The notes under the pieces are model-generated. The model had not been told where the DNA came from, ran no database searches, and was given only the letters and a program-made list of their open reading frames with translations. The translations under genes and the position numbers were made by a program. From Trypanosoma brucei (lineage: Eukaryota), in the NCBI GenBank assembly GCA_000002445.1, contig AE017150.2, forward strand, positions 480,001 through 544,000: a stretch of DNA of 64,000 bases, given 5' to 3'. Below are positions 48,901-58,135 of this stretch, in pieces (position 1 is the first letter of the stretch; each line of letters starts with the position of its first letter).

Positions 48901-50194
48901 CTTTGTTGTTGACCCAAAGTCTCGACTGAAGGTGGCCTTTTTGTTGGTGTGTGATCACCTACAGTTACCAGGGGGTCTTTCAGCATCCGGTGAGGCTGAG
49001 GTGGTGCTGACTTGCAAGCAGGCCCGTGACGCACGATACGTGTTTAAGACATACTTCCGTGTCTGTAGACCTTCTTTCTCCGTGCAGAGGGAGCAGCTTT
49101 TCACTCAGGTGGAGAACTACACGGTTGCCCTTGCGGTGACTAATCTTAACCCTCAGGAGTCTCTAATTTTGTTCCGGACCGCTTCACCCGTGCTCGTTGT
49201 CCAAGTTCCGACTGAGCAAGAAGGGGAGGACCCAGGCTGTGCTCTGATTACTATTGCAGGTGGGGCGACCGCGTTTTTTAACGTTCGGCTTGACATTTCG
49301 CGGCTTGCTTCCTTGTACAACTGGAGTAAGTCGGGAAATAACAGCGGCAACGGTGATGATACCGCTAACTGTGATGTGGATACTTTGTTGCAACCGTTGT
49401 CTGAGCATGGCGTGCTACTCAATGTCCGCAACCCAAGTGAACACGTTCGAGTGGAGTTTTGCTTTTTCCCGTCCACGACTGTTCAGGGACCTTCCGCCTC
49501 GTCCTTGTCAGCTGCGGCGGTGGCAGCGGTGTACCCTGTTTCGCAGTCGATCAAGTTGTCGCGCCGACTCAACTGCGAAAAGCGGCTGTACCGCTTTGTT
49601 CAAGAGTTTTCACGTGTGTTGTCCGAAGTATCAGAGTTTCTTCTACCAGAGATACAGGAGCATGCCTCTCTTGAGGGGTTTCTCCTTTCACCAACTGTAA
49701 ATGATGGCACGAGTGGTGGGACTACGACGGGTCGCGGCTCCGGATTCGGTAACAATTGGAATAATGGTGATAGTACTCATGGAGGCGCTGTTGGAAGTGG
49801 TGGTAGCACTGCTGGAGCTGCCAGTCATGAGAGTGTCAGTGGCGCAGGGCATCCGGGTCGGAAGGACAGTTTGGAGGGGAGGGAGGAGGGAGATGAGGAT
49901 AACCGTGTGAGTTTGTTGGAGGATCGAATGCCTTCCTCTCAACGCTCCCACTGCTGGCGGGCTCTTCATGGGTTATTAGTGGACCTTTCTTGGTTGGTGG
50001 AGGAGCTTGTGTATTACTCCATTATGCTCAGTAACTCCAGGGCCATCGAAGCGTACGGCGTCTTTCTTGCAACGTCGGTTAGCGGTCATCCACTGCTACG
50101 TCTCTGGCGGCAACACCGGAAGAAGTTGCCCCCAGCGTTGCCCCTTGCAATCTTCGAACAATTCCTCGAGGCAATCGATGCCCTCCCTTGTTGA
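39905..50194 (+). CDS. Giant (~3429 aa) protein built of tandem ASH/MSP(PapD-like) beta-sandwich modules with a central coiled coil; hydin/CFAP-like putative flagellar protein
   Basis: The ORF-track start at 39902 is GTG, and ATG is at 39905 (MLKVAPSELQFGTL). Many modules carry the ASH-type signature hydrophobic-x-FG-x-V-x-x-G...h-x-h-x-N-x-S/G, for example LQFGTLAVNETPAYCRFCVQN, LDFGAVYRGTRVVREVSICNVS, INFGDCPVGQTRRVTFHIENPS, HFGEVNVGERRSTKVPITNQCN, IDMGSVAPHCHQAQTTLTVWNPS and IDLGVVVVNKGHVGSS. A coiled coil KLEEKIEKLEQKLKIYRRKNKVDKVAAAVRQIEELKRAL sits at ~43.1-43.25 kb. Gly/Ser/Asn-rich linkers are present. Confidence 0.7.
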   Translation: MLKVAPSELQFGTLAVNETPAYCRFCVQNADTHESLSVKLTAATYSSCVRFQLCDDALLVDDDDADGGGMYGSWQCSDTLGPTPKFYNAAYDSINLIELLELHPNEAREIIAIFSPDPEVFPNVVERTAPTLVSGTIQLTSTSLPRATPARSLTWSDDVGCVTSSCAPSPLLCAGDKGCSPLFSSQPTPLSRTADGTLKSKTVTSANRGFLHAAVRSETLTLPFSATVFLSAFTVSVSELQATMAPSRTHLMGFKITNISPLPLQLVIRMQTMPHKNVELTVCEEDQFEVSLIGRVLVLDGHASMNFTVIVRTAAVSELAGSGAIMKRFCHRTVLQCDNLRDARNSELISVNVNVVPEHLQKPLVSVADPYLDFGAVYRGTRVVREVSICNVSREDLTVRLLNPRPPHCEGVLTLVRGARSEASGGKDIKSVKNSTPVKITDKKKSSTAVVGPYDNIVPADELVMAAQKGSLQVGVMYVASTDSEYKGTANLKFELDFVITGYESGANSSRREQRVVVRCVATLFTSTIVAPLTNINFGDCPVGQTRRVTFHIENPSLLPTTINVQLRSKIVSIEGVPARLSETGAPETVGEFSIAPQSSLPLTLRMTPQRVNPTYCKQLTVVNVSNPAEDRLILTIEANNMQPADMELHNEFYTCESRPLCYEDGVNKTRDGASGGSSIEADERSGGGAAPLRAIASVPLFVAYRLLSRVNYPLELQLSTTGAEIGTFCLEGMPSADWEALAVELHSCCCFGGEDTASKLAPERAEEVRDGVMRALNNHAMSVSSVVLEPRGSTTLYACILRNSIGGVDAVTKEDGINIGIEHVELRRFMRLSYRVCSTRFELGGQRAKHFGEVNVGERRSTKVPITNQCNSLLLLRVTKSRSVMAGYIRVDGSDRNSIYFRIRPFATKELELTFSPGLKGSLEERIQFVNILNPGNEVVITVKATVTKAETFDVSPDSWSFGLVSVPMLQPVTSGVATNVRGSTLVAGKGNGGAGNDDSSRQVARVGARFTVSNTSSARRALRLKLDTTVSNSSVGGGNENAHCPLERFFRFEGIDVRLQLEMERGGASSGSSRKLEEKIEKLEQKLKIYRRKNKVDKVAAAVRQIEELKRALMGEVVDINTLEPDDGDTKSRDPQQQRLQDLKSPRETPEGEDEKFAASKVRLQEHGELLSMLLRDGIALSEMNAGESIILVLGITCTRTAEHIPAAQSGILTFVLYEANDTEASRTIPVDITLVRVEGEADIGTVVGGERPLAHAGKAGGGSSTDANLPGILPPTPRSPSRPGSDNPSPMQAPPETSGGAAQLTRPGPASQCDSTSFISLELGDVVGVSSFMCFPMISLNNCVVQERCDFTFYVRTTMDTSIVVLEPFRCCGPGVVTSGSYGGCMDAMVDACGAMDDREICKGSAAVSHMATARVVGEEMSALSGPCSTLRATVRTLDASFRFSRRRGALHSRQPLSINVQCTPSSGGPQRYFIPVANLQDEGNVTYLVVSLNPSPVDDGCLLKVAPSTLSMRDIVLPCDTALLDVQSFAVRSHVGRPHALLIRSTRPALVRLFEDAKCSVPLKNPVRCSFSEKLKVYVQLRPSEHSRKHASRVVTAGILIEAIVSTRGLDCGHSGDPIHGGQCGYAILAHSVVRVSARIGSGELVLRESFIDMGSVAPHCHQAQTTLTVWNPSDCFEVRARLVASMPLTGIGIPEITLPPGGKVDVPITLHIPTPGLVRESISLHNLSCKQKTLSVRLNVLRLDEAISVSVVPYEVQMQGEALLHSTAVHPGCAQDGCGVVAFPTAAVVCGEGGVFRLHNPVVSTAMHVTNNSMRSLILIARSSAPFVFGHPDTTLQLSGVPPYHEDGFVSMYLPSPPDSYPSSLAETETETEAEAEMKPLSHSYTRGRLLLDARHTQAVAWTLTSTPPFTLKQKQRLLRHELVTVEVAAYIYVGQVVEETTGFPFNDMMFSAVRPLPMAEQCVLVPKFLLNFAVSEGRVEPSVIDLGVVVVNKGHVGSSPLTSSTAEVPAKQTDVLCKNEVDVPKLRRQAEISTATAPRAERKDGNNLNHAISIRLVNSSFVLPLNLSVECEPTVRFASNRVTVPPGQTVVVEAVLVPKLIQSEGPFRLSVYFVNEQNPENDMVVCVTGQYYQKSFRLSWDGVVDGRKESLSMQPLRLEDISTATSAVLSQTKITMTAVEPNIEVGVRAVVNPELEGVIQLQALQYDASSTLQSVIFGQVPLLAMAGNTNPNSDSVAGVSVNSGGAPGNGGSNNGSGLTAGAVGTGSNTGGITPVGADSGGALPAVGVAGSAGGPLNAGCGCAADNPAAPSVPGRGVVVCSKDHQQFRLRCVLVKEDFPVLAGVFFGQRKHKHTADILRERQGLTFTKLEELKSQRSAVSQTMWLGTLHFSNEVTGGDEEVQIFSSLSAFCTFKVSSKLVLRPRCSLTSGSAVDGATAVAHVGTATVAPEAMYVYEGELVVSNLCQEHVVRLSITPLLNCGHHDGVVLQCVSCEGSKDTAGMSADDASATGNSNNFASSDIGYGDGANLADVCTKNDSRASLPVSSSAHLPELPQTNVKSPGTASQSTVIMPISPQNTVRVRVLLCIDRARNKSSVEQGAGLALFDEAVACSFAAVRISLAPADDNDREKEQQQKQQEQLTRQPFRRADSSGVLASGNSGSVSYKAVKDNISEGEKGVAADREDTAVGNAAPPGSNPLDVTPDVKPDRPEILSSQLTRSHTVLSLSGNCTEVRDCTGVYTSSFSFSKDSVPTTDITITNHLSDGAVEYAVAVISQGPQPWLLLPVSTAVLEPGETQPLRLNILSTDAGSFVGHVSISSGITPGKLILLKLNAEVFLPTAGEGLFEILTSNGQRLSSGMEKDIFVGRLFGDKTHRARVALEIVNRSSVPLEFPVSVGKSMRMEYISAPGEEVSSAIMRNNISDTAGGRDVDLKTGPRTAKEADEEDSKQQEQRGAYNDGDRGSGNVPGASHPRCSVRLLVCHLHSVSAMRGERYFVVDPKSRLKVAFLLVCDHLQLPGGLSASGEAEVVLTCKQARDARYVFKTYFRVCRPSFSVQREQLFTQVENYTVALAVTNLNPQESLILFRTASPVLVVQVPTEQEGEDPGCALITIAGGATAFFNVRLDISRLASLYNWSKSGNNSGNGDDTANCDVDTLLQPLSEHGVLLNVRNPSEHVRVEFCFFPSTTVQGPSASSLSAAAVAAVYPVSQSIKLSRRLNCEKRLYRFVQEFSRVLSEVSEFLLPEIQEHASLEGFLLSPTVNDGTSGGTTTGRGSGFGNNWNNGDSTHGGAVGSGGSTAGAASHESVSGAGHPGRKDSLEGREEGDEDNRVSLLEDRMPSSQRSHCWRALHGLLVDLSWLVEELVYYSIMLSNSRAIEAYGVFLATSVSGHPLLRLWRQHRKKLPPALPLAIFEQFLEAIDALPC

Positions 50195-50879
50195 ACAGAA
50201 CCGTCAGTTAGGCACAAGTCCGCTGTGTAAGGTCGGTATTGAGCGTTTGTTGAGGTGATATGATGCTGCGTCAAGGGATTATATGCGTACATATATATAT
50301 ATATTTATGTACATGTGTCTGTGTATTTAAATGCAAACACGTATGTGCTGCGTTCTTTTAGTTGCTTTAGGCATTTGCCGGGTAGGGGTGTGATCCCCGG
50401 TTGAAGTCTCGCAAAGACGAGTCTTTACGCTATCCTCGAACCACTGTGTATGTATGTGTTTGGGTATGTAGCACCACGGGGTTACTGTGGGAGAGGGATG
50501 CCAAAAATGAAAATGCATATTTTTCCGTGCTTAACGTGGTTTGTAGCACCTTTTCCTTCCTAGCCAGTAATCTTTTTCCCCCTTTTGGATACCTCCCGTT
50601 CTTCTTATCACGTTGGTGAGGCGCATAGCCGCATAAACAAGTGTAGCGGCTGGGGTTGCAGACGTGTGACGGTGGCGGTTTTTTTTTTCCTTCCTGTGAG
50701 GCACTATGTGCTGCGGTTGGAGCTGCTCACGTTGCCATCCCTCCCTGCTGCAGCTTCTTATTGTTGAAATCTCACTTGGACAACAATCCTCTGCGTCCTT
50801 TCTTATCGTTTCCCCTGCTAGCCAAAAGTGGCACGGTTCCTCCCCCTAGTGAGCTCACTGTATTTGTCGGCGGTGATAT

Positions 50880-51432
<553 letters not shown>

Positions 51433-51550
51433 GAGATGCAAGGAAGCGAGCGTAATACTTAAAAAAAAAAATAATAATAAGGGGAAGGCAAACCAGAGAA
51501 AAATGAATAGAGGGGGTGAGGTAATTGTTTTATGGGGATACAAGAGGGTA

Positions 51551-51571
51551 GTGTGTGTGTGTGTGTGTGTG
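51551..51571. repeat. (TG)n microsatellite followed by a G-rich stretch in the H4 3' region
   Basis: gtgtgtgtgtgtgtgtgtgtg then agggggggaggaggagggg. Confidence 0.9.
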
Positions 51572-53444
51572 AGGGGGGGAGGAGGAGGGGAGGGAAAACA
51601 ATGAGTAAGAAAAAGGAAGTGAGTGAAAGAAGGATGATCTTGGAAAGTGGGGTTGTGTAGTAAAGGGAAGGTTTATCTATCATTTCTCTTTCTTTCTTTT
51701 TTTCTTTGCATCTTGTCACTGTTGGCACACCTTCGGTGAGTAGGAATTGCATATGTTTGTGTGTGTGTGGGTCTGTTACATATGGCGCGTCAACCCGTAG
51801 GTTAAAGACGTGGCGCAAATGTGATAACTGTGAGTGACTCTGTGTTTTCCTCCCTTCTTTATTCCCTCCTCACGAAGTGGTTGCTGTGCCTGTTCAGTGA
51901 TTGAATCGTAAGTTGTATGGAGTAGTGAACGTTGCCTGTAAGTGAACCAACCGGAAAGAAGGGATTGGAAAGGCGGCGCGGTTTTGCAATTCAGGTACAT
52001 AGCTTAGGATATGTTGCGATGTTGCGCAGGAGGTTCCTTCTTTTTTTTTTTTCATTTTTGTTGGAAGGGAAGGGGGCGGGTAGTGGAGGAAAGAATAACG
52101 AGAACCGCAAAGATGTAGTTATAACAGCATAGCGGTTAGTTTTGTTGATTTGACTCCCCAACTTGTAACGATCGGAGCCCCTGGTTTGGCACCCGTGTCT
52201 TCCTCATCCAAACGAAACATCAGGGAGATGTTGCGAGTTAAAGAAGGGGCGATGGAAAAGAAAAAAGAAAAAGAAAAAAAAATAACAACGGTAGAAGAGG
52301 AGGTACGAGTCTGCACACATAACTATGTTGAAAAGGGGGACTGGAGACACAGTGAAGGATTTTTTTGTGCATATAAACATAAAGGAGATTGTAGTTTGCA
52401 TCTGCGCATGCAACACATTCGGCTGATTTCCAATTATGTGTTTCTGCGCTGCATCATTGTTGTTGGGGTAGGTCTTACCATATCCTCCGTAGTCAAGGCA
52501 GCTTCTTTTCCTTTTCCTTTCCCTTCCCTTCCCTTTTTTTACTTTTTTCTTTTGCTCAAATGCTTGCGAATGTATATATGTATATATATATATGTTTGCA
52601 TCTGATTCTCTCAGCGTATCTCTCTCTTCTCCGGCTTGTATCTGTGTTTTTGTTTTTTTTTTGTACGTCATTTGCTCCATTATTTTACCATTTCAATCAA
52701 GGCCAATCTGTTGAAAGCAGGAGATGTTTGTTTATGTGTGTGTGAGGTGCGGCAGGTAGTGGTTGTGGCATTACAAATGCGTGTGTCTGTTTTACATACG
52801 AGTGCCCTCGACGTGGTAATAATTATCATCATTATCACAATGTCACCACTTGTGTTCCTGGCTTACTTTTCATTCCGTTGGCACTATGGTGTAAAACATG
52901 CGTACATATGTATATATATATATAGATGTGTGTGTATTTGTATGTGCGGGCACGTGGACTCGCACACCCATTGGTGTCGTAGGCCTCGCTACCTCCACTT
53001 TCTCTCACTTCTGCTTCTTTAAACATGGCAAGTTGTTTGTAATTTTATTCTTTAATTACTTGTGGTCATTGTTTGTTTCCCTTACCTGCTGCCCTGCGAG
53101 AGGAAACATATATTTCCTTCATCTAATTTATTCTCATGCGTACATATATATATATATATATATATAGATGTGTGTGTATCTCTTCTTTTTTTCTTTTCTT
53201 TTCTTTTTTTTATCAGGGGGTTCGAGCAGTGGGGAGTATATCCGGCAGCCCGTCCGTGAGTGCGTTAAAAGTATACGTTTTGGCGTACGTAGTTGTTTGC
53301 CTGCCCATACTGCCTCCCACTCTCTTGCCTAGTATAAATATAAATATTTATATATACTTGTGCATATATTTATATAAATACACACGTTTTAGTTTTCCTG
53401 AGCAGGAAGTAGTGATTTCATAGTGGACCCGCCGGCGCATTGCT

Positions 53445-53629
53445 GTGCAAGTTTATTTGGGGGAGGGGAAGGTTAGATTTCTTTTTTTTTTTTTGAAAAA
53501 AAAAGAAGAGAAGGTAGTCCCCTCCGCTCTCTGCGCGTTCTCTAGTTTGTATCATTATTTTCATCCCTTGTCTTGCTTTGTTGTTCGATTGGTCACTCTA
53601 AGTCTTTACGTACGAGCAGGTGACCACCC
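53445..53629 (+). promoter_or_regulatory. Polypyrimidine tract plus AG: candidate trans-splice acceptor region for the kinase gene
   Basis: A T-run at 53471-53496 is followed by further pyrimidine-rich sequence (ctccgctctctgcgcgttctctagtttgtatcattattttcatcccttgtcttgctttgttgttcg) ending immediately before the ATG at 53630. Confidence 0.45.
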
Positions 53630-56600
53630 ATGCCCTTCGCGGCAAATGTTGTACAGAATACCAATGATCATAGTCACACTGGTGATAAAGGCAATGAAGG
53701 CGACATTGTGAAGGTGGGGGAAGGCGTGAGTTTACAATCGAGTACGTTGGACATCGTCAAATCAGTTGGTGAGGGAAGCGCCGCGGGTGAGGCTCCAGGC
53801 ACTTCTTTTCGCACCATTGCGGCTGGTGCGATGGGTAGCCGTGCGAAAGGCGCATGGGAGGTAACATCAACTTCAGGGAAACCCACGACAAGTTCAGAAA
53901 AAGGCGACACGGCGGGCTTTGCGGAGTCCCCAGGGAATAATCCCAACTTTCTTAGGTCGCCACTTCAGCGTGTGTTAGTGCCGAAGACGAGTTCGAGAGG
54001 AACAAATAGACTCGACGGCAGGAACCCATTGGGGGAAGGTGCGGTGCGCAAAGATGGTGACAAGTCCAGTGGTAGTTGTGTTAAACCAAGCGTCAATGGT
54101 GACAACAAATGTGATACTATTGGGAGTCTTGCACGCCGTGCACCACCAGGGCTTACGATGGGACGTAGCGAACTTGGCAGTGCGAGGGATGAGTGGCCTG
54201 TGCAGTCTCCAAGAGGCGTGTGGCCCCATCCAGCGCTCAGTGGTAAAAGTAGTCCAAACTTTTATGGGAGCCCCGTGAATACTTCGACACGGGCTCCCTT
54301 TTTTTCACCACTGCCGGCTGCTGCTCTTCCCCCTAGTAACACAGTTCCTGGCACATTAAAGCGTCAACTATACAATGTAGATACCGCGAATGAGGAAATG
54401 ATGATGCCGAACAACAGTTTCGCCAGTACCATCGTCACCAGTGGTAGTCGATGTGATAATAGAGACCCTGCCTTTTCGGATTGTGGAGAAGCTGGAATCT
54501 TTACGCCTAAGCGTGTGGGACGTGATTCAAGGTCAGCGACACCGACCCGGTGGTATAACACATCATTTCATGGTAATTATGCGGGAGGTCCCATGAGAAG
54601 GACGAGTACAGCGGAACGTGGGAAGTTGTCAGCGGCGAATGAGCAGAATGGGGAGAGACGGGAAGTGCAGAGCGCGACGGTGAGTCCCGGATTGGGACCG
54701 ACTACTGTCGAGGTTTATGATACCTCTATTTCTTCTAGAACTGGAAACGCTATCAAGGAGCAAAGGTCACTTTCACCCAACGTGCAGCCGGCTTGTTTCT
54801 ATCCCATCAACTGGAGCAGCTGCCCTTCGAGAGATAATGATGATAGTAACGCAGGGGATCGCATCTCCGTCCCTGGTGCGGTGTTGGTGCCCGTTGACTC
54901 CGATGCCACAAATCGTGATCCCCAGGAAGGTGCACCCACTAATAGTTGTCAACTTCATAATCACTGCCTTAATCGCACAGATTCCGAGTGGTGGTTCAAG
55001 GACCCCACGATTTTCTTGCTCAATGTCAATCTCATAAAACTACTCGAGTTGAGGGAGGAGATGGAAAGACTAAATGAACAACGGAGTGTGGATCGACCGC
55101 ATTCTGCATATGAAAGAAGGGGAAGGGAGGCGTCACTGCACTCTTCCCACTCCATTATGCTCGCCGGCATGCTCGAAAAACTGGAGTCTATTCAGTTCCA
55201 AATAGCATACTCTATTTTGGACATCAAAAACGTGTTGTTAAAGCACCATTTCGCGAAATGGTCAAATACGGGGGTTCGAGATTGTGTTTCGAACGTTGTC
55301 TCAGCGTGGGATGCACACGGGCCAGCCTCTAAGGAATTTAAGGAAGCATCCTACATTCTTCTAGACCTGGTTTCAGCCGAAGAGCGTGGAAGCATCACAT
55401 ACACCAACGTTCACCGCATGTGGAATGCCCTTGGTACCAGCCGCACCGCATCGTGTGCCGCTACTGCATTCTGTTTTGTGTCACTTCTCTGCTTCGTGGT
55501 TGTCGCTGCGGCTGGCACACTTCCCGGTTGGGTTTGTGCAGCCGTGGCTTCTATCGGTGCGCTTCTTATGGTTTCCGTCGTTACGATTACGTCGGTACAG
55601 CTGCACTACAGCTCCGTTTCCGCACGTGTCTGGGGATTCAGCCACAATGAGATGTTAAAGCGTGTAGAGGCCGTTCAACAAAACCTCTACGATGGGGGAG
55701 AGGGGGCGACGGGCGTGCCCGTTGGATATAGTGATTTAGTTGCAGTGCAAAAAGCACCGGGCAGTAGCTCCACCTGTTTCCAACTGGGCAAGACCAGCTC
55801 CCAGGGGCATATGTTACCTCAACAAGATGCACCGCGGGATGATTGCGCCAGGGACTGCGGGCCGCTCTCGTCCAGAAATTCCTTTTACTCGCGTAGCCAG
55901 TTAAGGATACCAAATGATACCACTGGGATCTTACGTAAAGTCCCATCCATGTCAAATGTGAAGTGCTCTTCGGGTGCAAGTAATGGTGCTATTAGCAGTG
56001 GGAGGAGCGAGAAGCAGGCAGGTTCCTTGAGAGATTCGTCTCCCTGCCTGCGCAGGGCTGATCGTCAAGAGAATGATTGGTGGAATCAACCGGCTGGGGG
56101 CCGCTGGAATGATGATTCCTTCAATCGGTGCTCTCCTATGGAGCGGGTTCCCGTGGGCCATGCAGACAATCCATTGGTTGCCGGTGGCTCTGGGAGGGAG
56201 TGGCAAGAGGCATTGAGTGAACAGAAGAGAGAGTGCGACACTGCCGTTCGGAAGCAAATTGGTCGTCGTCAATCCGTTGATGGTGACAGGGCAGCCGCCA
56301 ATGTTCTGGCGGTACCCTCTGAGTTCAATCACGGAGAAGAGAGGCCCAGACAATTCCGTGGCGCACAACGCCCCCAATCGAGGGGAGTAGACAGTGAAGT
56401 AGAGCGAATGTTGCGCGACGCCGCCTCCAAGGCCGCTTTAAATTCGGCATACGTTGCCCCTATGAACATTTTTTCCGATGAAGCGTCACCAGGTTCTTCG
56501 CTGCTTCTTACGTCGGCTACGGGTATGCAGGGCAACCTCCTCGGCACAGGCTCCGATGGACTTCCTATTACTGCATTCGTGTACTGCCTGGACGATGTGG

Positions 56601-58135
56601 TTGCCAGCACACTTTTGGCCAACCTCTGGAATCGGAGCATTTATGTAATGCAGCGAAGCGGGCTAGAGGATATCGATATGACATATAAATCCTGTGCAGT
56701 ACAGACCAAGGTAATTCTTGTACACGCTCCAGATGTGGATGGCGCGCATTTGGACGTCGTGCTATCGTGGATGAAGGGAGGTGAGCGTTTAGTGTTCTTT
56801 TTTGCCTCGTCGTCGGAGTTTATTCCTTCATGTATTCCTAAAGCGTCGCAGTTAGTGCTTCCACTAACATCCCACGACATTGGACGGCTCTTTTCCTCCT
56901 CTCTCACGGATGAGATGGCCTCAAAGAGTTTGTTTGGTCTCTCTCGTAATCTTCAGATTCCCTCTTACACGTTGGGGCGTCGGTTAGGCGGTGGGGCGTT
57001 TGGTGCCGTCTTTGAGGCGACGATGGACGATCTCAACGGGCGCTGCGCCGTGAAGGTAATGTGTCTTCGTGGGAATAAGCGTGACAACGGTGCTCGTAAT
57101 AACGGTAAGGGTGTTCGGATGCCAGAGGTTGTGCGGGAGATTGAGGTCATGCGTATGTTGAACCACCCAAACCTTGTGCGATACCTTTTCTGCAATTGGG
57201 ACGGCAAATGTGTGTCTATATTCATGGAATTGTGCCCTGGTGGGACGCTGAGTGATGCCATTACCAATGGGGACATACAGGGAGCGGATCATATTATTAG
57301 TATACTTCGTGATGTCATCAACGGTGTGGTGTACCTGCACGATCATCACATCACCCATCGCGACCTTAAACCGGAAAACATACTATTCCGTGACGGCCGT
57401 GCGAAGGTGTCTGACTTCGGTACAGCTGTTCAAAGAGATTCGGGGCTAAAAAATACGCGAGGAACTCTTGCGTACATGGCGCCGGAAGTGCTCCTCGGTG
57501 AGCCGTATGGCAAGGCATGTGATGTGTGGTCTATTGGTTGTATTGTTGCCGAGGCCTTAGGTATTTCAACTAACTGCAGCAACAAATGTGCTGCTCAAGA
57601 CGCTCAGCATCAGAAACAACAGCGGCCTGTAACCGATCAGCAGTTCTCACCAACAAATCAGGGACTGGCGGAGTTGTGTGAGAGGTATCGCACGATGGAT
57701 GAAAGGGAAACACGTGTGTTCGACTGTGATGATCCAACTGTATGTGATTTTCTTCAGCATTGCCTGCACCGTAACCCGGAGAAACGGCCCAGTCCAAAGG
57801 AGTTGCTGGAGCATCCCCTTTTGAATGCCCGGTGTGGCTCAGCTGTTTGGGAGTGGGTGGAGTCCGTAATTGCTCGTCAGCGTGCCATGCCGCTTCGCCG
57901 CAGGACCTCCACCGTTATTTTGACTTCCGTGGCTGTAAATAAAGGTGCCGGAATTGGCCGTGATGATGATACCGATGGGGCGGATGGAATGGGTGGTGGT
58001 GAAGGTGGTGGGTTGCATACCACATATATTTCCCGTGTTGCGTCTATGAGTGCCGCATCATTGCAGTCCATAAGTGAGGAGGGTCAAAATAGCGCCTCGT
58101 GGGGTACTTCATTTGGTGATCAGGGAGTTGTTTAG
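53630..58135 (+). CDS. Large (1501 aa) putative membrane-anchored Ser/Thr protein kinase: long N-terminal low-complexity region, two predicted TM helices mid-protein, C-terminal STE-like kinase domain
   Basis: ATG at 53630. The kinase subdomains are LGGGAFGAVFEA...CAVKVM (G-loop/VAIK-like), HRDLKPENILF (catalytic loop), VSDFGTA (DFG), GTLAYMAPEVL (APE, STE-type GTxxYMAPEV) and DVWSIGCIV. A hydrophobic stretch AFCFVSLLCFVVVAAAGTLPGWVCAAVASIGALLMVSVVTITSV lies at nt ~55470-55600. Confidence 0.75.
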   Translation: MPFAANVVQNTNDHSHTGDKGNEGDIVKVGEGVSLQSSTLDIVKSVGEGSAAGEAPGTSFRTIAAGAMGSRAKGAWEVTSTSGKPTTSSEKGDTAGFAESPGNNPNFLRSPLQRVLVPKTSSRGTNRLDGRNPLGEGAVRKDGDKSSGSCVKPSVNGDNKCDTIGSLARRAPPGLTMGRSELGSARDEWPVQSPRGVWPHPALSGKSSPNFYGSPVNTSTRAPFFSPLPAAALPPSNTVPGTLKRQLYNVDTANEEMMMPNNSFASTIVTSGSRCDNRDPAFSDCGEAGIFTPKRVGRDSRSATPTRWYNTSFHGNYAGGPMRRTSTAERGKLSAANEQNGERREVQSATVSPGLGPTTVEVYDTSISSRTGNAIKEQRSLSPNVQPACFYPINWSSCPSRDNDDSNAGDRISVPGAVLVPVDSDATNRDPQEGAPTNSCQLHNHCLNRTDSEWWFKDPTIFLLNVNLIKLLELREEMERLNEQRSVDRPHSAYERRGREASLHSSHSIMLAGMLEKLESIQFQIAYSILDIKNVLLKHHFAKWSNTGVRDCVSNVVSAWDAHGPASKEFKEASYILLDLVSAEERGSITYTNVHRMWNALGTSRTASCAATAFCFVSLLCFVVVAAAGTLPGWVCAAVASIGALLMVSVVTITSVQLHYSSVSARVWGFSHNEMLKRVEAVQQNLYDGGEGATGVPVGYSDLVAVQKAPGSSSTCFQLGKTSSQGHMLPQQDAPRDDCARDCGPLSSRNSFYSRSQLRIPNDTTGILRKVPSMSNVKCSSGASNGAISSGRSEKQAGSLRDSSPCLRRADRQENDWWNQPAGGRWNDDSFNRCSPMERVPVGHADNPLVAGGSGREWQEALSEQKRECDTAVRKQIGRRQSVDGDRAAANVLAVPSEFNHGEERPRQFRGAQRPQSRGVDSEVERMLRDAASKAALNSAYVAPMNIFSDEASPGSSLLLTSATGMQGNLLGTGSDGLPITAFVYCLDDVVASTLLANLWNRSIYVMQRSGLEDIDMTYKSCAVQTKVILVHAPDVDGAHLDVVLSWMKGGERLVFFFASSSEFIPSCIPKASQLVLPLTSHDIGRLFSSSLTDEMASKSLFGLSRNLQIPSYTLGRRLGGGAFGAVFEATMDDLNGRCAVKVMCLRGNKRDNGARNNGKGVRMPEVVREIEVMRMLNHPNLVRYLFCNWDGKCVSIFMELCPGGTLSDAITNGDIQGADHIISILRDVINGVVYLHDHHITHRDLKPENILFRDGRAKVSDFGTAVQRDSGLKNTRGTLAYMAPEVLLGEPYGKACDVWSIGCIVAEALGISTNCSNKCAAQDAQHQKQQRPVTDQQFSPTNQGLAELCERYRTMDERETRVFDCDDPTVCDFLQHCLHRNPEKRPSPKELLEHPLLNARCGSAVWEWVESVIARQRAMPLRRRTSTVILTSVAVNKGAGIGRDDDTDGADGMGGGEGGGLHTTYISRVASMSAASLQSISEEGQNSASWGTSFGDQGVV

